NCBI GenBank assembly: GCA_963716175.1
Contig: OY970296.1
Span: 2,560,001-2,624,000, forward strand
Direction: 5' to 3'
Origin: an uncultured Armatimonadetes bacterium
Lineage (GTDB): Bacteria > Armatimonadota > Hebobacteria > Hebobacterales > Hebobacteraceae
Length of the DNA stretch: 64,000 nucleotides
The notes beneath the pieces are model-generated. The model saw only the letters and a program-made list of their open reading frames with translations, was not told the origin of the DNA and made no database searches. The position numbers were made by a program, and so were the translations under genes. Below are positions 59,616 to 64,000 of this stretch, piece after piece (the first letter of the stretch is position 1; every line of letters starts with the position of its first letter).

Positions 59616-60420
59616 GTGAAGATCAGTGTCATGCTGTTATGCTTTGCGCAGGCCCTGGAGACAGGCCGCTACTCCTTGGCCGATGCCTTCGCCTGCTGCG
59701 CCGAGGCCGGGGCCGTCGGGATCGAGACCATGGACAGCATGGTCGCAGAGGTGAGCGATGAAGAGCTGAAGGGCCTGCTCACCAAGTACGGACTCCTGGC
59801 GGCCGCGCACGACGTGAGTGTCGAGCTGGTCCGGGAAGATGCCGCGGGGCGGCGGCGCGCCATCAGATGACCTGGCGCGGGAACTGCGGCGCGCCGGCCA
59901 CATGGGCGCTCCCATCGTGATGTTGGTGCCGGGCTTCTTGGAGCCAGAGCAAGATTGGGGCCAGGCATTCGCTCACGCCGTCGAGGGGATCCGGGAAGTG
60001 CTGCCGCTGGCCGCCCAGCTCGGGGTGACCGTGACCGCGGAGCAGATGGGCTCGACCGCGCTCTGCTCCAACGCGCAGCAGCTGCGGAAGCTAGCGCAGG
60101 CGGTCAACTCGCCCCAGTTCGCGCTCTGCTTCGACACCGGCAACGCGATGCGCACCCAGGAGGGGCCTCTTGAGACGCTGCCCGCGCTCTTGCCCTTGGT
60201 CCGGCATGTTCACGCCAAGGATCACATGCTGACCGCGCAGGGCCAACGCAAAGATGTCCCGCTCGGTCGAGGGCGAGTGCCACTGGCGGAGATATATCGC
60301 TTGCTCGAAGCCGGAGGCTACCAGGGCTATCTCTCGGTGGAGCACATGCTTCCAGCGGATGATCCGCTTCCCGATCTACGCGCTTGTATCTCCTATCTGC
60401 GGCCGCTGATAGGGAACTAA
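59616..60420 (+). CDS. Sugar phosphate isomerase/epimerase (frameshift near 59866)
   Basis: Two overlapping ORFs join into one TIM barrel: CFDTGN, HVHAKD, GRGRVP, GYQGYLSVE. Confidence 0.85.
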
Positions 60421-60504
60421 GCGATCCCGCCTGGTGAGCCACGGGTGCGGAGGCCCCCGGGGCCAGGCAGGGATGCAGCCCCGAGACTCGGAATCAAGAA
60501 CTCT

Positions 60505-61365
60505 GTGTCGAAGCAGCACCAGACCAGAGAAGCAGGCCAGACTGTCACCCGAGATCGGATCGCACGCGACCTCGCCGCGCTAGGCCTGCGCCCTGGTGAC
60601 GTGGTCTTCTTCCATAGCTCCCTGAGCAGCCTGGGTTGGGTGGAAGGCGGCCCCGACGCGGTGATAGATGCGTTCCTCGACGTGGTAGGACCGGAGGGGC
60701 TGGTGGCCGTGCCCACCCACTCCTATAGCTACCTCCATTACCATACCACCACCGCTCCCTTTGATCCGAGAGAGACGCCTTCCCGTACCGGCAAGCTCCC
60801 CGATACCCTCTGGCGGCGGCCTGATGCCTTCCGCAGCGCGCACCCCACTCATTCGGTGGCCGCTATCGGCCAGCGCGCCCGGGAGTTGGTGGCCGGCCAC
60901 GACCGGACCTCCACCTTCGGCCGGGAGGGTCCGCATCGGCGCTATGTGGACTGGGGCGCCAAGCTGCTGTTCCTGGGTGTGGGCCTGCACTGCAACACCA
61001 CCCTGCATGCCATTGAAGATTGGCTCGACCTGCCCTACCTGCAGGTGGAACGAGCCCTGGTGAAGGGGCCAGACGGGCAGCCGCGCGTGATCGAGGTGAC
61101 CAAGTCGCCGAGCGGCCACCGGGATTTCTATCGCGATGGCTCCAGGGTGGAGCGGCGGCTGCGCCGGGCCGGCTTGATCCACCATGGCAGGGTCGGCGCG
61201 GCCCGGACCCTGTGGCTCCCTTCCCAGGAGATGGTGGCGGAGGTGGTGAACGGGATCCACGAAGAGCCGGATCTGCTGCTGTGCGAGCGGGCCAACTGTG
61301 ACTTCTGCCAGCGTTACCGCCAGCCCGTCATTGACCACGTGCGCCGTCGCCGGCCTACCCTCTAG
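60505..61365 (+). CDS. AAC(3)/Antibiotic_NAT family N-acetyltransferase
   Basis: LGLRPGD..HSSLSSLGWVEGG, RSAHPTHS, LGVG..NTTLH.IE, C-terminal CERANCDFC. Confidence 0.9.
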   Translation: MSKQHQTREAGQTVTRDRIARDLAALGLRPGDVVFFHSSLSSLGWVEGGPDAVIDAFLDVVGPEGLVAVPTHSYSYLHYHTTTAPFDPRETPSRTGKLPDTLWRRPDAFRSAHPTHSVAAIGQRARELVAGHDRTSTFGREGPHRRYVDWGAKLLFLGVGLHCNTTLHAIEDWLDLPYLQVERALVKGPDGQPRVIEVTKSPSGHRDFYRDGSRVERRLRRAGLIHHGRVGAARTLWLPSQEMVAEVVNGIHEEPDLLLCERANCDFCQRYRQPVIDHVRRRRPTL

Positions 61366-61390
61366 CCGCCGGGTGAGGAGTGCTTCCTGG

Positions 61391-62659
61391 ATGCACCTCG
61401 AATCAGCAGTTGCGGAGCTCGAACTCAGCCACTCCTCTCATCTGCTGCAGGTCGGGTGGGACTCATCGCAGCAGTCCATGCCCGAGGGCACCGTGTTCTT
61501 CCTCAGGCCGGGCTTCGTGGCCCAGGCCTGTGAGGAGGCGGCTCTCCCGCAGCAGGTGGCCCAGGCCGCCATCGCCGCCAGCCGCCGCGTCGCCGGCAGT
61601 GCCCCCCTGTGCGCGCTGGCCTGGCATTTCCATCACTGCCTCTTCCAGGCGGCCGATTACCCACGCGATAGCATCAGCGAGTGGCCTACCCTGGAGGCGG
61701 CCTTGCAGGAGGATGGCGGACTCTTCTACCTGCTGGTGCTGCTCTCCGGGATGCCCGGACTGCAAGCCGTCAACGAAGGGCACGGGGTGCCTAGCGAGGT
61801 TGTTCGCGACACGCTCAGCGACATCAAGCGCTGGATCGGCGGAGGGGAAGAGGATGGGCCGGCGCTTCCTCCCTGGGGTCTAGCGCCGCGCGCATTGAGC
61901 TGGCTTGTCAACCACCTGAGGGGCGAGCTTTATGGCTTGGGCCGGCTGCAGTTCCAGTTCGGCTGTTCCCAGCTCCAGGTCCGGGTGTTCCGCCGGCGAG
62001 TATCGGGCACCGTGGCGGCGCTGTCTGAGGACGGGGTGTGCTACCGCGGCGATGGGAGCAGAGCACGTTCTGATGGGAGCGAGCAGGCGGACTCGTGGCA
62101 GGCCAGTCTGCGGGTGGGCGATGGCGAGGTGATGGGCTATCCGATCCTGCCCACCGGGCGCGCTCTCCCGCGGCAGGTGGCGCTGCGGACGGCGGAATGG
62201 CAGCAGGTGCTGGCCCCCGGTCAGCCGGTGCTGCACGTTCATATCCCCGCGGGCAGCCCCATGAGCCACCAGCGCTGCGGCGAATCGTTTCGCCAGGCCG
62301 CCGAGTTCTTCCCGCGCCACTTCCCGGAGCGTTCCTTCGCGGCCTTCTGCTGTGGCTCTTGGCTGCTCGATGGCCAGCTGCAAGGCTTTCTTCCGCCCAC
62401 CTCCAATATCGTGCGCTTCCAGCGCGAGGTTTATCTCGTTCCTGTCCGGCTCAGTCCGAAGTACCTGCTCTATCGCGTTTTCGGTGAAGTCCCGGAGGAC
62501 CTGACGCGGGCACCCCGGCAGACCAGCCTGCAGCGCGCGCTGCTAGATCACATGCAGGCTGGCAAGCAGCTCCGACCCTTTGGCGGAGGCTGCTTCCTCT
62601 TCGCTCAGGACCTCGACTGGGGAGCCCAGGTCTACCGCCAACAACCCTTCCCCTGGTAG
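61391..62659 (+). CDS. Glycopeptide-type N-acyltransferase homolog (NAT_N/GNAT_C domains)
   Basis: LGRLQF, LHVHIPAG.P, F.CGSWLLD, SNIVRFQ, VFG, TSLQRA. Confidence 0.8.
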   Translation: MHLESAVAELELSHSSHLLQVGWDSSQQSMPEGTVFFLRPGFVAQACEEAALPQQVAQAAIAASRRVAGSAPLCALAWHFHHCLFQAADYPRDSISEWPTLEAALQEDGGLFYLLVLLSGMPGLQAVNEGHGVPSEVVRDTLSDIKRWIGGGEEDGPALPPWGLAPRALSWLVNHLRGELYGLGRLQFQFGCSQLQVRVFRRRVSGTVAALSEDGVCYRGDGSRARSDGSEQADSWQASLRVGDGEVMGYPILPTGRALPRQVALRTAEWQQVLAPGQPVLHVHIPAGSPMSHQRCGESFRQAAEFFPRHFPERSFAAFCCGSWLLDGQLQGFLPPTSNIVRFQREVYLVPVRLSPKYLLYRVFGEVPEDLTRAPRQTSLQRALLDHMQAGKQLRPFGGGCFLFAQDLDWGAQVYRQQPFPW

Positions 62660-62736
62660 CGAGCGGGGTGCGGATAGGTGCCGCCCCTGCAACTCGCAAT
62701 GTCGCCCTTCTGTCACAAACCCGGGTACCGACGCTC

Positions 62737-62764
62737 TTGCCAGCGGCCCGCCATTCGCTACAAT
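62737..62764 (+). promoter_or_regulatory. Sigma70-type promoter upstream of the polysaccharide export gene
   Basis: TTGCCA-N16-TACAAT. Confidence 0.55.
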
Positions 62765-63046
62765 TGCTGGCGCGGCAGAGCAGCAGCGGTTCTCGCGCGG
62801 TGAGGAGAATCGGACCGCAACGAGTTGCTGCTCTGCCCGAGACGAGCGCCGCGGATAGCAGGCGCTCACAAAGGGCGGCGGGCAAGCGACGCCTGTTGCT
62901 TAGATGAAGTAGCGGTCCTCGACTGACTGCTGAGGCGACCCGGCCTATGACCGGGTCGCACGCTTTTGTAAGCCCTGACGCTGCGCGCTGCAGGCGGAGG
63001 TACGACTGCCCGAGCCGCCAGCGCAGGGACCGGATGGGGACAGGGG

Positions 63047-64000
63047 GTGGTGGCAGTGGGTGCAGCGAGAGGTCGGAAATGGCGGACGGCGATGCGTCTC
63101 TCACTCCTCCTCATCCCGACTTGCGCCGGCCTCACCCGGGCGGGAGCGGCGACGGCCTTGCAGTCATCACCTGTGGTGCGAGAGGCCCCACTGGCCGCGG
63201 GGGATAGCTACCGCATTGCCATTGGCGACAGCCTGGCTATTGCCGTGTTCGGGGAGGAGCGCTTCAGCCAGGAGTGTCAAGTCAATGGAGCGGGCACTAT
63301 CTCCTATTCCCTTCTAGGGGATGTCAAGGCCGCGGGGCTCACCTGCGCCGAACTCGAGACTCGCCTGCGTGCAGCTCTCAAGGTCTATCTCAAGAACCCG
63401 CAGCTCGTGGTGAGCGTGAAGCAGTACGGGGCGTTGGGGATGAGTGTCTTCGTCCTGGGAGAGGTGAAGACCCCGGGGGTCTATCCGCTCGCCGCCACCT
63501 CGGGGCTGATGCAAGCGGTGGCCGCCGCCGGAGGCCCGGCCAGCGTCGCCAGTGGAGAGGTCACCATCATCAAGGCGCATTCCGGGGAGGTCCACACCGC
63601 GGGCCTGGAACAGGCGATGGCGGGAGGGCCGGAGGCGGCCCCGGCGAGACTGGATCCTGGCGATGTGATCGTGGTCAACCGGCGCCCGGCCCCGGCTGAG
63701 AGCCGCCGCTACGCGGTGCTGGGCGAAGTGCCCAGGCCGGGCATGTACGAGATGCCGGCCGAGGGCGAAGCCAGGGTGCTGGACGCCATGGAGAAGGCCG
63801 GCTTGCTGGACACCGGCAGCGGCGGCAACCCCGGCGGACGCGCGCTCAAGGAGGAAGCCCGGGGCGCGGACCTGGAGCACGCGCTCCTGACCCGGGGCCA
63901 GGTGACGGTGCCGGTTAGCCTCACCGCGCTGCTCCAGGGCGATACCTCGCAGAACCTCCTGCTGCAAGCCGGCGACGTCCTCACCGTACCGCGCCGGCCG
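63047..64000 (+). CDS. Polysaccharide biosynthesis/export protein (Wza-like, SLBB repeats), 3' truncated; start could be 63092
   Basis: Open frame absent from the ORF track: YRIAIGDSLAIAVFGE, GTISYSLLGDVKAAGLT, YLKNPQ, VLGEVKTPGVY, AAGG, LDPGDVI, LQAGDVLTVP. Confidence 0.9.
   Translation, partial: MVAVGAARGRKWRTAMRLSLLLIPTCAGLTRAGAATALQSSPVVREAPLAAGDSYRIAIGDSLAIAVFGEERFSQECQVNGAGTISYSLLGDVKAAGLTCAELETRLRAALKVYLKNPQLVVSVKQYGALGMSVFVLGEVKTPGVYPLAATSGLMQAVAAAGGPASVASGEVTIIKAHSGEVHTAGLEQAMAGGPEAAPARLDPGDVIVVNRRPAPAESRRYAVLGEVPRPGMYEMPAEGEARVLDAMEKAGLLDTGSGGNPGGRALKEEARGADLEHALLTRGQVTVPVSLTALLQGDTSQNLLLQAGDVLTVPRRP

Noticed and set aside
59860-59875. TGA as possible selenocysteine
   Set aside because: Homology continues in a different frame, so this is an indel and not read-through

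Overview
High-GC bacterial window. The phylum is inferred, most likely an anaerobic Armatimonadota-type organism, from the prepilin/DUF1559 protein starting [30 protein letters not shown] and from the many UroD-like, TIM-barrel, sulfatase and Gfo/Idh/MocA genes. Bases 1-17.6 kb hold a single-strand Wood-Ljungdahl super-operon: HydB/NuoF-like fragment, catalytically truncated HydA/NuoG-like Fe-S protein, cooS/acsA, fhs, fchA, monofunctional-type folD, metV, metF, acsB (about 8 frameshifts, probably sequencing error), acsC, RACo/acsV read in frame into a BioD-like/DRTGG protein, acsD, acsE and DUF166. The rest is accessory catabolism: aminotransferase/enolase/formyltransferase, amidohydrolases, CstA, secreted glycoside-hydrolase-like proteins, a 7-gene sugar-acid pathway, lipid/MFS genes, a formate channel with Moco genes, a non-pyrrolysine MttB opposite UroD-like/sulfatase/maturase genes, AraC with a pilin-like gene, two N-acyltransferases and the start of a Wza-like export gene. 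Non-coding signals are GTAG-type REP palindromes (several supply stop codons), GntR-type operators and three highly structured intergenic regions (about 17.6, 59.4 and 62.8 kb) that look like unannotated RNAs. No rRNA, tRNA, CRISPR array or transposase was seen. All calls come from reading motifs by eye, with no database search.
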